Source of the DNA: Lama guanicoe
Lineage: Eukaryota
Length of the DNA stretch: 64,000 bases
Assembly: GCA_013239625.1 (NCBI GenBank)
Contig: MU054400.1
Span: 5,211,802 to 5,275,801 of the forward strand
Direction of reading: 5' to 3'
Below, one piece after another: positions 1-12,989 of the stretch; positions within the stretch are counted from its first letter, which is position 1; every line of letters begins with the position of its first letter. The translations under genes and the position numbers were made by a program. Below the pieces are notes generated by a model. It saw only the letters and a program-made list of their open reading frames with translations, had not been told where the DNA came from and made no database searches.

Positions 1-367
1 TGTCTGTACGCCCAGGGAGGATGATGCGCTCATGACTTTGGACATAAACTGGGGCCACCAGTCTAGGGAAACTCTTTGCTAAGGTCATTGTGCTCTTTTG
101 ATCTCCAGATTTTGTTAACATGTTTCAAGTCTCACGTTTATTGGGCTCCTCTGCTTTGTTTAGTACTGTTGATAACTTCCCTTCTGTAAATTTCCATCAC
201 CTAACTTTCATGGCAACCCCTCTTCTGGTTCTTCTTGTCCCCTTCTGCAGTCCCTCCTCCAGCTCCTTCACAGTCTCCTCTTCATCTTCCTGCTCTCAGA
301 GTTGGTGTTCCCCTGGGGGCTCCCTCTCAGCTGCACATCCTCCTGGGGTGGTCTCATCTCAGCACCC

Positions 368-615
368 TGTCTTAGGTGGGGTTCCCCAGAGGCAGACAAA
401 ATTCATGTGAAAGAGATCTGTTGGGAGGAGCTCCCAGGAGGAGAGAGTGGACGGCCAAGCCGTGATACCAAGTTGAGTGACACAGGATCGTTCTGGAGGT
501 GGGGTGGGTCAGCCTCGGAGTTGTCCTCCTCAGGGGCAAGGGGCCCAGAGTGTGTGTATCCCTGCGCTGGCTTCATTGCTTGGAGAGACGTACATTCTAG
601 GTTCCTCTGGTTCTT
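368..615 (-). mobile_element. Old ERVL-class LTR fragment (LTR16/MLT-like)
   Basis: Begins tgtcttaggtggggttccccagaggcagac, typical of the reverse-strand end of ERVL-class LTRs. Subfamily uncertain. Confidence 0.45.
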
Positions 616-1387
616 GCGTTCACAGGCAAAACAGGCTCAGGCAACCTGAGGGTCACATCTGACCAAGAGTCACAGAGAAGATACCAAGAGCTGATGCGCA
701 CACAAACGATAAAAGGGCCCCATGGGATGTGAAGGGGGCGTGCGCACTGCTGGCCACACCTCCCATATGTGCCGGAGGCTTCCAGCTCTCTCTTAAAGAT
801 CAGATGTGAATGCGTAACTGTCCATTTTACGTCCTGGTTGCCCCCCGTCTCACCCTGATGATCCCTCCCCCACTCCCACTGCTCTCCTCCTGAAGCGCTG
901 AACTCACCCCCCAGAGCCCAGGTTCACACGCTCATCCGAGGTGGACACCTAGGAGTCGTCCAACTCCTCCCCTTCCTCACTCCCCCCACCCCCAGGGGGG
1001 GTCAAGCCTTCACCAGGAACTTACCTCGTAAGTCTTTCTCAGTCTGGCCTTTCTCCACCCCTAATACCACTGTCTCTCTGTTTAGAACTTAATGGCTTGC
1101 GCATCAATCTAATGGCCTCCGAATTGTTTTTTCTGCCTCTAATCTTACCCTGTCAAATCCATCCTTCCTCACTGCCGCTGAGGAGCTGTACTTAAATTAC
1201 CTTGCGATTCTCCTCCCCTCCTTGCTTAAAACTCTCCAAAAGCTTCCCCTCACCTCCAGGAAAAACTTCAAGCTCCTTAATACGGTAGGCAAGGTCCTGC
1301 ACACCGTCGCTCCTGTTTTTCCGGTCTCTTCTCTTACCATTCTTTGCTTCACCCTCTACCCACCCCAAATAGTTCATAGAACCCTTC

Positions 1388-1795
1388 TGTGTTAGTTTGC
1401 CCCAGCTGCCGTAACAAAATACCATGGACTGGTATGTGACTTAAACAACAGAAGTTTATTTTCACACAGTTGTAGAGGCCAGAAGTCCAAGATCGAGGTG
1501 TCAGCAGGTTTGGTTTCTTCTGAGGCCATTCCCCTCGGCTGGCAGACGGTCACCTTCTCACTGGGTCCTCACCCGGTCTTTTCTCTGTGTGCCTACACTG
1601 CTATTGTCTCTTTGTAGGTCCTAATCTCTTCTTAGGGTACCAGCCAGATTGGATTAAGGTCCAACCTGATGGCCTCATTTTAGCTTAACTACTTCTTAAA
1701 GAAGGCCTTATCTCTGAATGCAGTCACACTTTGAGATACTGGGGGTTAGAACTCCAACATAAAAATTTTGGAGAGATATAATTCAACCCATAACA
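1388..1795 (-). mobile_element. MaLR solo LTR (MLT1A-like)
   Basis: TG...CA termini. Diagnostic ctgccgtaacaaaatacc..gacttaaacaacagaagtttatt..agaagtccaagatc and attcaacccataaca. Confidence 0.85.
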
Positions 1796-2034
1796 CCTAA
1801 CATCTGCCTGTTCTTTCTTACCTCCTTGCCTGTTTTTCGTGTTGTCTTTATTTAGAATATCTTTCCCTTGTTGCATGACTCCAAATCATTCTGACTCAGC
1901 ACAGGTATCATGGCCCACAGGTATTCCGGAGGTCTCAGGCCCTGCCCTGACAATGTAAGCTCCCTCCTCTCTACCCACTAAAGGCTCTGATTGTATCACC
2001 TTCCCTGGTCTTACTACATTATTTGATAATTATA

Positions 2035-2113
2035 TTTAGAATGAGCTATATTAAATTGCCAATATTTGACCATTTTTACCTCAAAACCAGCAATTTCATA
2101 TGGTCCAATCTGA
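2035..2113. mobile_element. MADE2-like mariner MITE (about 80 bp)
   Basis: aaattgccaatatttgaccattttt..gcaatttcatatggtccaatct resembles the MADE2 palindromic consensus. Confidence 0.7.
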
Positions 2114-3134
2114 AACATCTCTCTTCTGACCCATCAACCTTTTGAACCTAGGGACTCTGTCTTCTCTACCTGTATACACCACAGTGCTTGGCACTGAGTG
2201 GCTACTGAATAAATACCAAAGAAATGAATGCCACAGACAACATGATCTCTGTCCTGGAATTTCCTTATGTAGTGTTTGGAGAGTTGAAATACTTGTCACA
2301 AGACCAATAGACAAATCCACAGAATTCGAAGAGTTTCATGTTGGTAAGCTTAGTTAGAAAGGGCCGCTGGGAAGATGTGAGGCTAGGGGGAAAGACAGAA
2401 AGGATGGTATTGAGGCTGGTAAAGAGGTGATGGGAGGGGAACTCAGTGAGGGAAGCCTGGCAGGCATGAACAGTGAACTGACTGTGGAAATGGCCCTTAG
2501 GTGAAAATGGGTTTATCTGTGAGGCTGAAGGTAGGCCAGGAAGGTCAGGCTAAGGGATGGAGTTCCTGAGATGCCAAAGTCAAGAGTTTGCATGTGACCA
2601 TCCAGGCAGTCGGGAGCTATTTTCAGTTCCAAGAATGACATAATGACAGTGGAGCTCTGGGAAAGTTACCCAGCCTTTGGGATAACACATGATCAGAGAG
2701 CCGGAGTCTAGAGGCCAGGTAGAACGAGATGGCTGTGTCAGGACCCCAGGCCTGAGCTGACAGCTTGGGATCCCCTTCTCGGCTGCCTAAGGCTCTGAAT
2801 GAGTCCTCACTTGGGGGTTTTCAAAACGGATTGAAATGTCAGTGCAGCTTCAAAGAAGGCTTCTAATGTAACTCTCTCCCTGACTGCAGATAAGGATGGA
2901 CCCCCTGAAGGGACTGGTTGGCTATGTGAGCTTTGTGAAGTTTGTTTCGACTTTGAACAGCATGAAAGGCAACAGTCCCAGTCCCTTCTTGGCTAGGACG
3001 TAGTCTGTCCTGCCTTATCTCAGAGAAACGTCACCTGAGGATGCAGACCTGAACTCCGTCCAAAGCCTGTCAGTGTTCAGGTAGCGGTCCAGGAAAGCAG
3101 CATAGGGTTTATAAGAATAAACCTGGAAGCCAGG

Positions 3135-3300
3135 CTGCCCAGATCTGGGTCCAGTGCTGAGTCCACTGAGAGAGCCACACGACCAGGCTGAGCTCTAGTC
3201 TCCTCACCGCAGAATGGGAATAATAACAGCGTAGTTTCTACTTTATAGGTGAGTGTGAGGAATAAATGCGGTGAGTACGTGCAGATCTTTAGAACACACG
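3135..3300 (+). mobile_element. MIR SINE
   Basis: Core-like tctcctcaccgcagaatgggaaataataac..gtgtgaggaataaatg..ttagaaca. Confidence 0.65.
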
Positions 3301-3302
3301 CG

Positions 3303-3378
3303 TTAGGCTGAATCACAGGAAATTGCCATTTTGATGCATCTAAAATGACTATTGTTGATTTCCTGTGGTTTAACCTAT
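3303..3378. mobile_element. MADE2-like mariner MITE with terminal inverted repeats
   Basis: TAGGCTGAATCACAGGAAAT ... ATTTCCTGTGGTTTAACCTA inverted repeat, TA-ended, about 76 bp. Confidence 0.7.
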
Positions 3379-5295
3379 ACTAAAAACTCAACACGCATTG
3401 TCATCTAGACATTCTGGCACCCGGTCAGCGTTTGCCCAGCAAGTGACAGAGGGTGCAAGGCCGGGTCCCCCACAGCCAGCCTCGCTCTCCCTCCTGGTTT
3501 GTTCTCCCTCCTCTTCTTTCGCTGCTGCCAGTGTCAGGTGGCCGACCACAGAGGCACCCTGCTCCTGTCTCTACCAGCCGGAGCCTGGAAACCCTGACCT
3601 GTCCTCCTTACCAACTTACAGTTGGCTAGAATGTTCAAAAAGTTAATTTTGCTGAGAAGTTAAGACAACATTAAAAAAGAAAAAAAAGAGTGCAAGAATG
3701 CCTGGTTACAAATGAATAGGATAGGATTAAAAGCAAAAACAAACAAAAAAAATAAAAATTTGAACATTAAACAAAGAAGCTCAAACAAACAGCTTGAGGA
3801 AAGAATTAACTTGGCAATGTTTCTAAGACTAATGGGATCCTCATACCCTGCCCAAACTACTTCTGGTCTAATCTCTATGTAGGGGCCACTCTGGTGTCCC
3901 CTCTGGCCTTTGCTCTGTACAGCTCCCCTGGCCTCTGTGCAGAGTCTGACTACGGCCCTGAGAAGGAAAAACTTCTTCCCTCCACGGCCTTCAGGAATTC
4001 TGACCTGAGCTCTGACCACTGGCACTGGCCTGTGAGGTTCTCAAAGCCTCTCTGTATCTGTGTCTTGTATCTCCTGCCCTCCACCCTCCATCACTCAGGC
4101 TTGGGGTCCCTGCCACCCCACTCTCCCTGTCCATTTTTTTGTTTTGTTTTGTTTTGTTTTAATTTGAACCGAACACACTAGGCAGCAGCTATGTAGACCA
4201 TTTCTCCCCTTTCACGACAGAAGGCTGCTCTACCTGTGCCATAATCTTCTGAAAAATTCTAGGGCTCTCAGCCAGCCAGAAGCAGACTCTGCCCTTTCCT
4301 GTTTCAAAGGCCAGCTCCACCCACTTGCGTGCCCACTCACTTCCTGTTTCCTGTTGAAGGCACACCCTCGGCTCTCACTTTTTTCACCCAGCAAAGATGA
4401 CAGATGTGTCCTGAATAGCTGAACTCAAATAACCCCTCCTTCATTTTTCTAGACCATTCCCTGGTTACTCATCACTCAGGTATTTCTAAGGGAGGGACGG
4501 AATTCTCTTTGATAGGCCCCTAATTACACACTTACCGTACATGGTGTTTCATTTTTGCAATAACATTTGGTAGAGTTTTTTTTTTTAATATAGAAAAACA
4601 TAAAGAAGAAGTAAAGCAGTTGATAATCACAGCTTAGTTAACCATGTTTTTTTTTAATAAAACCACGTACCAGGAAAATTCAGTTTAGAAAAGTTTAAAT
4701 TCCACCCCCCCACTATACTCCTCGCCGTAAGCTAATCACTGCTAGCATTTGCTCATGACTCCTGCAGAAAATAAGTCTTATAATTATATATGCATGCTTT
4801 TTCTGTATTGCTGCCCTGTGTGGCACTGATTCGTTATAACACGATTTGCCCATGAAGTATTTTCCTAAGAAATAACTCATATACATAAACTAGTGAGCTG
4901 TGATACTTTGCTCATCCTCTGAGGCTGTCTCATGTACTCAGCCAATCCTAGCACTTGTTGTATTACATTCTTGGCTAATGAGCGTTAGTCTCCTGTTCAG
5001 AAAAACTCTCAACTAGTGAGTCCTTTCTCATGTAATCCAAAATTCACTCCGTTCAACCAATTATTGGCTTACTCCCTATAGGTATTCCCCCCCTCCCCAT
5101 TTAGTTTGTGTTTTGGCCAATAGTTTTGACCAAGAACGGCTGACAAAAACTGAACAAGTATTTGACTGAACTTGCTGCAAATACACAAAAGAAGTGTATC
5201 CTGAACATAGTACTTATTAAAATCCAGTTTCACAGGGGCTTCTCCCCGATTCAAGTCAATGGTTGAGGAGAGAAAGGATTAAAAAAGGGGGGTTG

Positions 5296-7364
5296 TACTT
5301 CTGCTCAACATTGTACTGGAAGTTCTAGAGAAGGTAATTAGGCAAGAAAGTGAAATAAAAGACATCCAGGAATGAAAGGAAGAAGTAAAACTATCTTTTT
5401 GCAGATGACCTAATCTTATAGACAGAAAATCCAAAGGAATCGCCCCTCAAACACTGTGAAAACTAATAAACAAGTTCAGCAAGGTTGCAGGACACAAGAG
5501 CAATATACAAAAGTCAATTGTATTTCTATACACTATCTGTATATAATCTGAAAAGGAAATTTAAAAAACAAATTCATTTATAATAGCATCAAAAATGATT
5601 AAATATTTAGGAATAAATTTAACAAAAGAAGTATGAAACATATACTGGAAACTATAAAACACTATTAAAGGAAATTAAAGAAGAGCTAAATAAATGGAAA
5701 AACATCTTGTATTCATGAATTGGAAGACTTAAGGTTGTTAAGATGCAATGGTCTCTACATCAATTCACGAATTCAGTGTAATCCTTGTCAAAACTTCAGC
5801 TGCCTTTTTTTTTTTTTGCAAAAATGGACAAACTGATCCTAAAATTCATATGGAAATTTAAGGGGCCCAGAATAGCCAAAACAAAACTGAAGAAGAAGAC
5901 CAAAGGTAGAGTACTCACACTTCTGAATTTCGATACTTACTACAAAGCAACAGTAATCAGACAGTGTGGTACTGGCATATGGACAGACTTATAGATCAAT
6001 GGAATAAAATTGACAGTCTAGACAAAGACCATTTCATTTATGGTCAGTTGGGTTTTGACAAGGGTGCTACTACTATTCAATGAGGGAAAGAATATTCTTT
6101 TCAACAAATGGTCACAGGACAGTTGGTTATCCACATGCAGAAGAATGAAATTAGACCATCTGCTTCATACCACATACAAAAACTGACTCAAAGGCCTAAG
6201 TTTAAGAGCTAAAAATGTAGAACTATTAGACAAAAAGCCATAGATATAAGTCAGTATGATCTTTGAATAAGTAAAAGCTTCTTAGTTACCTCAGCTAAAG
6301 AGGGTCCAAAATCAAAGAGGGGGAAAAATCAATAAATTGGACTTTATCAAATCTTCAAACTTTTGTGTTTCAAAGGACTCTATCTAAAAAGTGAAAAGAC
6401 ACCCCTCAGAATGGGAGAAAATATTTGCAAATCGTATATCTGAGGGACTTGTATCCAGAATATATAAAGAACTTTTACAGCTCAACAATCAAAAGACAAA
6501 CAACCCAATTGAAAATGGTTAAAGGATCTGAATAGACATTTCTCCAAAGAAGAAATACAAATAGCCAATAAGCACATAAAATGCTTGACGTGATTAGCCA
6601 TCGAGGGGAGTGCGTCAAACCCTCAATGAAATACCACTTCATACCTGCTAGGACAGCTGTAATGGAAACCACAAGAACAAGTGTCAGTGAGGATTTGGAT
6701 AATTAGAACCCTTGTACACTGTTGGTGGGAATGTAAGATGGCGCAGCTCCCCTGGAAAGCAGGCCAGCAGATCCTCAGAAGGTTAAACATAGGGTTACCA
6801 TATAAATCAGCAATTTCACTCCAAAGTATATACAAGAAGTGGAAACACAAGTCCACACAGAAACGTGAACATGAATGCTCATAGAAGCATTATTCTTAAC
6901 AGCCAAAAAGTGGAAACAACCGTAATGTCTGTCAACAGATGAATGGATAAATAAAACGTATATCCATGCAATGGGATATTAGTCAGCCATTAAAAGCAAT
7001 GAAGGGCTGATAATGTGTACGAAAGTGGACAAATCTTGAAAACACTATGTTAACTGAAAGAAGCTGTACACAAAAGGCCACATATTGTATGATCCCATTT
7101 ATCTGAAATATCCAGAATAGGCAAATCTTTGGAGACAAGAAGTAGATGAGTGGTTGTTGTCTGGGGCTGCAGGGGAAAAGATGGAATGTGACTGCCAGTG
7201 GTTATGGGGTTTCTTTTGGGGGTGATGAAAATGTTCTGGAATTAGTAGTGGAATTAGAACCAGTACGTGATGGTTGCACAACCTTCTGAATGTACTAAAA
7301 ACCACTGAACTGTACATTTTTTAAATGGTGAATTTTATGATATGTGAATTATAATCTCGATTTT
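5296..7364 (+). mobile_element. 5'-truncated L1 (L1MB-like): decayed ORF2 C-terminus plus 3' UTR
   Basis: ORF2 remnant KMDKLILKFIWKFKGPRIAK..YYKATVI (5785..5994) and an L1MB-type 3' UTR. Degraded target-site duplication (TSD) TAAAAAAGGGGGGTTG (5280-5295) / TAAAAGAGAGGAATTG (7365-7380), 12 of 16 identical. Confidence 0.93.
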
Positions 7365-8711
7365 TAAAAGAGAGGAATTGATAGAAATCACTGGATGTTC
7401 TATAACATAAGATCATTGTAGCTTCAGCAGGGTTGACCAGCAAGTGTTTGGAGGAGAGATGAAAGAAGAAATTATGGCAGGAGGCAGCCGGTGTCCTCAG
7501 GGCATTGGATGAGAACTGAGGAGCCATTTCTAGTGCTGGATGCCAGGAACACATCTCCTTAGTGTCTGTGGTGCAACAAGCCCCACACAGAGATGATTCA
7601 CTTGCAGGAAAGCATCCCTCAAGTACAAGTGTGTGTGTGTGAATTTTTTCCACCCTCTATGATCCTTACCATTGTTCTGTTATCGACACATGTGGGTCTT
7701 TTTGGGTTTTTTTTAAACTGCTACAGAATATTCCAGGATATGAACATTCCATGACTAACTAACCATTGGTTAACCATTGGAAGCTTTGGTAATTTCCAGT
7801 ATTTTTGATTTCACAAACGATACCGTGGTAAACAGTCTTACACTTACTATTAATGTACCGCATGTTACATGTAAGACCCAGAGAGTACGCAGTTGCCCGC
7901 AAGACTGAGGAGAGAGCTGGTCTCCCAACTAGTCATCCCGTTTTACATCCTGGTTGGGCTTCAGACTCAGGCGAGCCCTCCGTCGCCGCTGCCTCTCGTC
8001 CCCAGCACCGTGCAGCCTCCACCGAGGAGGGAAAAGTCCTTCTCCGGCTCCCACAGACCATCTGCTCCTCTTTGAGTCATAAGACGAGCCGATCCTTCCC
8101 ATTATCTCGGCACACATGCTGTTGGTGTTCAAAACGTGCTTCCAGCCTCCCCTTGTAAAATGAAGTCAGTGTTTGTCTCATTTGCCTCTTTCTGAGATAG
8201 AGTCATGGGGTTTTTTGGGGTTTTTCTGACACATTACAGAAAAAGTTTTCCATTTTTACCCTTTCTACTTTGGCTTCCTGTGATTTTTCAGGTTCTCTGT
8301 ATTCCTGTGTGCTGAATGTGTAGAGCGGACTGACAGCCTGTGTTTCATTATGATCACTTCAGCCCTGAATAGCAGGCGGTCCCTTTTACCCTGGCTCATG
8401 AGGACAGGCGTTCAGATGTGGTGCACATGCACCCTGGAACACAACACTGCAAAAAACATAATGAGAGCCTTGTAGTGCATGAATCCTATACTCGTTAGCT
8501 AAGTCTATCCCCGAATATATGTGGTTGAATAAAATTCAGTTATGGTGCCTCTAATTCATTTAGGTTTTTTTTTAAATCAAAGTCACCTTTGGTGGATTTA
8601 GCGAGGCCAAGACTGCATAGCAAACCTACTGACTCCACTGCAGTGGATGAATAAAGTTTTACTTCTAAGTGCTGCAGCTTAAATATATTCTGGGCTATTT
8701 TAGTTCATAAA

Positions 8712-9150
8712 GTCATAGAATATTAGGGTCAGAAAGGACCTTAAAAGTGATTTTGCCTAACCTTGCATATCCGTGACAGCCACCCAGCTTCTAACTGAGT
8801 ATTCCCAGGATCCAGATCTCACCGCTCCAGCAAGCAACAGCTTCCCTGTGGGAGCAGCTTGTCTTAGAATGGACTTCCTTAGATTGGACTGGAACCTGTC
8901 TCCCTGGGAAGTGTGTCCTGTCCTCTTAGCCCTTACCTCCAGGGTTGCACAGGACTCACCTTCTCATCCGAACAGTCCACATCTCTGAAGACCATTGTCT
9001 TCCGTTTTCTAGTCGCTAGGTTGCAGGCTTTGGTAAATTTGTTCCATATACTACAGGGCTGGGAGAACAGTTCCCTTCTTGGGCTTGGGTCTTTGTGATG
9101 CTCTCCGTTGACAAGGGCTGCGTTCTCCAGGTGTGTCACCCAAATGCAGC
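8712..9150 (-). mobile_element. Possible L3/CR1 fragment
   Basis: gtcatagaatattagggtcagaaaggacctta resembles the reverse-strand CR1/L3 (or MIR3) 3' end. Highly diverged. Confidence 0.4.
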
Positions 9151-9374
9151 ACTTTGTTTGAGGTTATACCCATAAAGAATGCACTGGAACAATATAATTT
9201 CTTCCCTCGAACTGGATAGTCTAGAAAAGAAAAGACAAGCATTAATAGAGTTAGTTGAATGCACTCAACTACATACCATACTTCATTTTTAAATTCAGTG
9301 TCATACGTCTTCTCATGGCAGTCTTCCTTAACTCCTGTTCTAACTCCTGTGTATTTTTTTCTCCTTAGTAACAT

Positions 9375-9625
9375 ACCATTCACTGAGTATTTCCGATATG
9401 CCAAGCACTATTCTAAGCACTCTGCATACATTACCTCTTTTAATCCTCAAAATGGCTCTGTGGGATATGTACTGGTACCATCTTCCTCCCCGTTTGATAG
9501 AAGAGGAAACAGGCATATAGCAGTTGACCACCTTTCTCCTGCTAGTAAGTGACAAGAGCCAGGATGAAAGCAGAGGTAAATCTGGCTCTGGAGCCCAGCT
9601 CTCCACATCAGTCACCCATTGCTGC
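9375..9625 (-). mobile_element. MIR SINE
   Basis: tatgccaagcactattctaagcactctgcatacattacctcttttaatcctca..gatagaagaggaaacaggc..ctagtaagtgacaagagccagga. Confidence 0.8.
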
Positions 9626-10659
9626 CTGTTGAATTTACAGACAATTTAATACACTAAATTTTTTTCAGAGGTGAATGCTTCCTTTTGAAAACCTTTTTGT
9701 CCTTATTAACAATTGTTTTATTAATTCTGGATCCTCATTCCATCTACGGTTGCTGTTCTTGACTGTGGATGCTGTCAGTCAACCAGTTAGACTTCCAGAC
9801 TCCACTCATTTGCAAATTTGTTAAGCCAGATAAGTCATCATTCCTTGGGGACAGCCCTAAGTTTCATCTTTCATCTTCCTACCCTGCTTATTAAAATTTG
9901 TGAGGTTTTTTTGTTTTTCCACAGTTCTACTAACTACAGGGTCCTGTCATCTTCAGCAGCTGACCTCTCCTCCTGTTGGTACCGACCACTGGCTCCTTTC
10001 ACCATTAGGGGACAGATATTCCTTCTTCACTTTCCTCTGGCTCCTTGGAGAAATGCCTCTTTCTGTCTTAAATCATTTTAGCAATTGCCTTTTTCAACAC
10101 CAGAGTGATATCCTGCTGTGTCTGCTATAGGATAATGGTCCCTGATGGGAAAAAAACCTTCATTCTGGGCAGCTGTTAAATCCATTGTGAAAAGCACACA
10201 GACGAGCAGTAGCCTTGACACAATACAATTTCATTAGTTAAAGGTGTGCGCAGCTTTTGGTCTAGTTCTCTTTGGAAGCGCCATCCAAAGGCAAGGCGGT
10301 GGCAAGGGTTCATTATGCACATTTTGTAGATGGAAAAATTGTTGCAGAAACAAATGGAGGATATAAAATTCCTGTACTTTCCATCATTCTGCCTCCATTT
10401 TTTCACCCAGAATTTTAGTAATCTTTGCACAGAGTGGTGTAAACTGGGCAGGAGGAGAAGGGGGGAAATGTGTGTCAGGAGTATGCCCAGAACTAGCTTA
10501 CCAGAATTTCAGCAACACCTGAAATTTGTTATTTCTTTTTATTTGTTTTCTAATGACAGTGCAGCCAGGAACAGGCTTACAGACCAGCCCCTGAAGGGTT
10601 TACTCTCAAAATCAGGGCTCCCGCAGAGGGAAGATATAAGGCTACATTTATGTGCCTGG

Positions 10660-10772
10660 TCTTTTTTTTTTTTTTAATTCTTTTATTTTGGAATAATTTT
10701 AGACTCGCAAGCAGTCACCAAAGTAAAGAATTCCTGTGTACCATTTCCCCTGCTTTGTGCATATTGTAACTA
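10660..10772 (-). mobile_element. L1 3' end fragment (L1MC/MD-like)
   Basis: Poly-T followed by ttttattttggaataattttagactc. Confidence 0.55.
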
Positions 10773-10787
10773 TAGGGTGATCTTTCT

Positions 10788-10937
10788 TTCTTTCTTAAAT
10801 TATTTATTTATTTTGTGGAAAGAAGTAATTAGGTTTATTTATTTATTTTTATTTTTTAGTGGAGGTACTGGGGATTGAACCCAGGACCTTGTGCATGCTA
10901 AGCAGACATTCTACCACTGAGCTATATATCCTCTCCG
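10788..10937 (-). mobile_element. Camelid tRNA-derived SINE (Vic-1-like) with TSD
   Basis: Reverse complement reads ggagaggatatatagctcagtggtagaatgtctgcttagcatgcacaaggtcctgggttcaatccccagtacctcc plus an A-rich tail (Pol III A box TAGCTCAGTGG, B box GGTTCAATCC). Flanked by tagggtga-tctttct (10773-10787) and tagggtgacatctttct (10939-10955). Confidence 0.88.
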
Positions 10938-11029
10938 CTAGGGTGACATCTTTCTAATGTCTTTGCCTGTCAGAGGAAGGTTTAGCTGGCACTCCCTGAC
11001 CCCAACCAGTATTCATCACCATGAGAATA

Positions 11030-11250
11030 CCATCACTTTTATTGTGCTTACAAAATGCCAACAGGCACTCTGGCTAAGCGCTTTCAGACCCTGCCACAGT
11101 CTAATGCGGTGCCACGGTCACTCTCGTCCGCTTCTTAGATATGAAAGAACTGGGCTCCGTGAGACTGTGAGACTCACTCAAGATTATGTGGCACTTGGGC
11201 GGCAAGGTCAAGATTTACACCCAAACTGTCAACCAGTCTGTTACGCTGCT
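11030..11250 (-). mobile_element. MIR SINE
   Basis: ttttattgtgcttacaaaatgccaacaggcactctggctaagcgcttt..agatatgaaagaactgggctc..actcactcaagattatgtggc. Confidence 0.65.
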
Positions 11251-11959
11251 TCCCCAGGAGATCTTGCTTGTGTGTTCGGGGCTCCAATTGGTACCGTGAG
11301 GCCAGAGCCTCCACAAAGGTAGTATTTAACTTCCTCTGTCACTGCGGGGTGAGTGAGGCCCTGCTCCCGGCCCGTCAGACCCTGTGGGGCAGCTGCAGCT
11401 GATAGACAAGGATGCTGGAATGCTGATTAATCCCTTTCTGTCTCGTTTCTGGGCTGCTTATCCCAAGCTCAATAGCGAGTTTGTAGATGAAGATATCTCG
11501 TGGCTCTCACTTTTACTGCCAAGGAGTACAAGACAGAGAATGCTGGCAGACGGCCCGTCTGAGCTGTGGCAGGGCAGGAGGTGTTCAGACCCAGGCTGAC
11601 ACGCCTGAGCACCTTTCAGTGGCATTTTCGCAAATCCCACCCTTGGCGGTAGTCCTGCAGAATCAGTTCTTTCTTCAGGAGGTTTGATTCCAAATCACAT
11701 CGCTGTGTATCAAATCTCACTGCCATCAGACAGCTTTTTAAATGTCCGTACTGCTGCTGTGAATGCAGCGGGAAAGGAAGGAGGTGGGCAGGGAAAGGTC
11801 ATGCTAATCTCGGTTGTTACATTTGGTGCCAGGTACAACAGAAACCAAGGGCAGTTAAGCCCAAACGACCTTGGTAACTTGATCTCTCGCATTCCATGTA
11901 TTCCAGCCAAGGAAATAAACACTGGCGTATAGTGTGGAAGAGATGCTTAACACTTTTAT

Positions 11960-12315
11960 GTTTACGAAGTGCTTTCATATTATCTTGGCCTCATCACACT
12001 CTTTACAGTGAGGAAATTGAGCTGCAGGGAGAGTAAACAAGTTGTCTCAGGTTCTCCCCATCGTATTTGGCACAACCAAGACAGGGGCTTGGATCTTGGG
12101 GAGGCTCCAGAATGCAGCAAGGACTTCGATGTTTCATGGACCCGGGTTCCAGCCTCAGCTCTGCCACTAAGTAGCTTTTTGGTCATCACCAGGCCTCACT
12201 TTCCTCCACTTTTAAATGGGCCTAATCACAGTACCTGCTCCATCAGGTTCTTGTGAGGATAGAGCTTGGCAGAGTACCTAGCACGGGGAGGTAACGGGTG
12301 GTAACTATTAGTATT
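11960..12315. mobile_element. Two MIR fragments in opposite orientation (about 11960-12080 minus, about 12135-12315 plus)
   Basis: tttacagtgaggaaattgagctgcagggagagtaaa, then cgggttccagcctcagctctgccactaagtagct..cctcactttcctccacttttaaatggg. Confidence 0.65.
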
Positions 12316-12329
12316 AGTTCAATTCTCCA

Positions 12330-12815
12330 TCCATTAGATAGGAATCTAGCTTCAATTAATAGAACAGTAAAGCAATGTTGACTTATACAAACGAGGGTTA
12401 TTTTTCTCATACTATAAGAAGTGTGAAGGCAGGAAGTCTTGGGCTGGCCAGCAGCTGAATGGTACTGTCAAAAACTGTTTACCTTCTTTCATACCATCCT
12501 GGTCTCCACAGCATATTGATTTGCTGCCTCGTGGTTGCAAGGTGGCTGCTGCAGCTCCATCCACCATGTTTGGGGACAACAGGAATACTCCAGTCATATT
12601 TCCCCTTTTGTAAGGAAAGCAAGAACTGTCCCAGAACCCCACTCCCAACCACAGCAGACACTGCTTTTGTCTCCATAGCCTGGACTATGGCTTCGGATTG
12701 ACTGTAGCTGCAAGGACCCTTGGAAAGTAAGCATTTAACTTTTCAGACTTAATTATTCAAGTGTCAGGGAAGAAGGTGGGTGAGAATGGGAATAGACTGA
12801 GCCAACTGTATTTTC
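12330..12815 (-). mobile_element. MaLR LTR (MLT1J/K-like)
   Basis: gacttatacaaacgagggttatttttctcata..agaagtgtgaaggcagg..gttgcaaggtggctgctgcagctcca..tagctgcaagg. Confidence 0.65.
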
Positions 12816-12989
12816 TACAGTTCTTCCTGCCTTTCACATTGTCATTAAATTTTTTTTTATTTAATTGGTCCCTAGGTGTAGAGGGCGTGGTTAACCCTAG
12901 TCAGGTGCTCATGGCCCACAATCAGCAAAGTCCCCTTTCTCGGCTGATTCCATTTTATTCTCACAAAATGTACTGTTTCATGTGCATCT

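Larger units (their letters stand above)
940..2230 (+). mobile_element. L2 LINE 3' fragment interrupted by an MLT1 LTR and a MADE2 MITE
   Basis: L2 motifs cttaaaactctccaaaagcttcccc, ctccttaa..caaggtcctgcac, and a 3' end ggcactgagtggctactgaataaata..aatgaatg. Confidence 0.65.

Noticed and set aside
5296..7364. Active reverse transcriptase / intact L1 ORF2
   Set aside because: 5'-truncated and broken by many stops and frameshifts; only short ORF remnants remain.
10860..10937. tRNA gene on the minus strand
   Set aside because: A and B boxes are present but are followed by a SINE body, A-rich tail and TSD. It is a tRNA-derived SINE.
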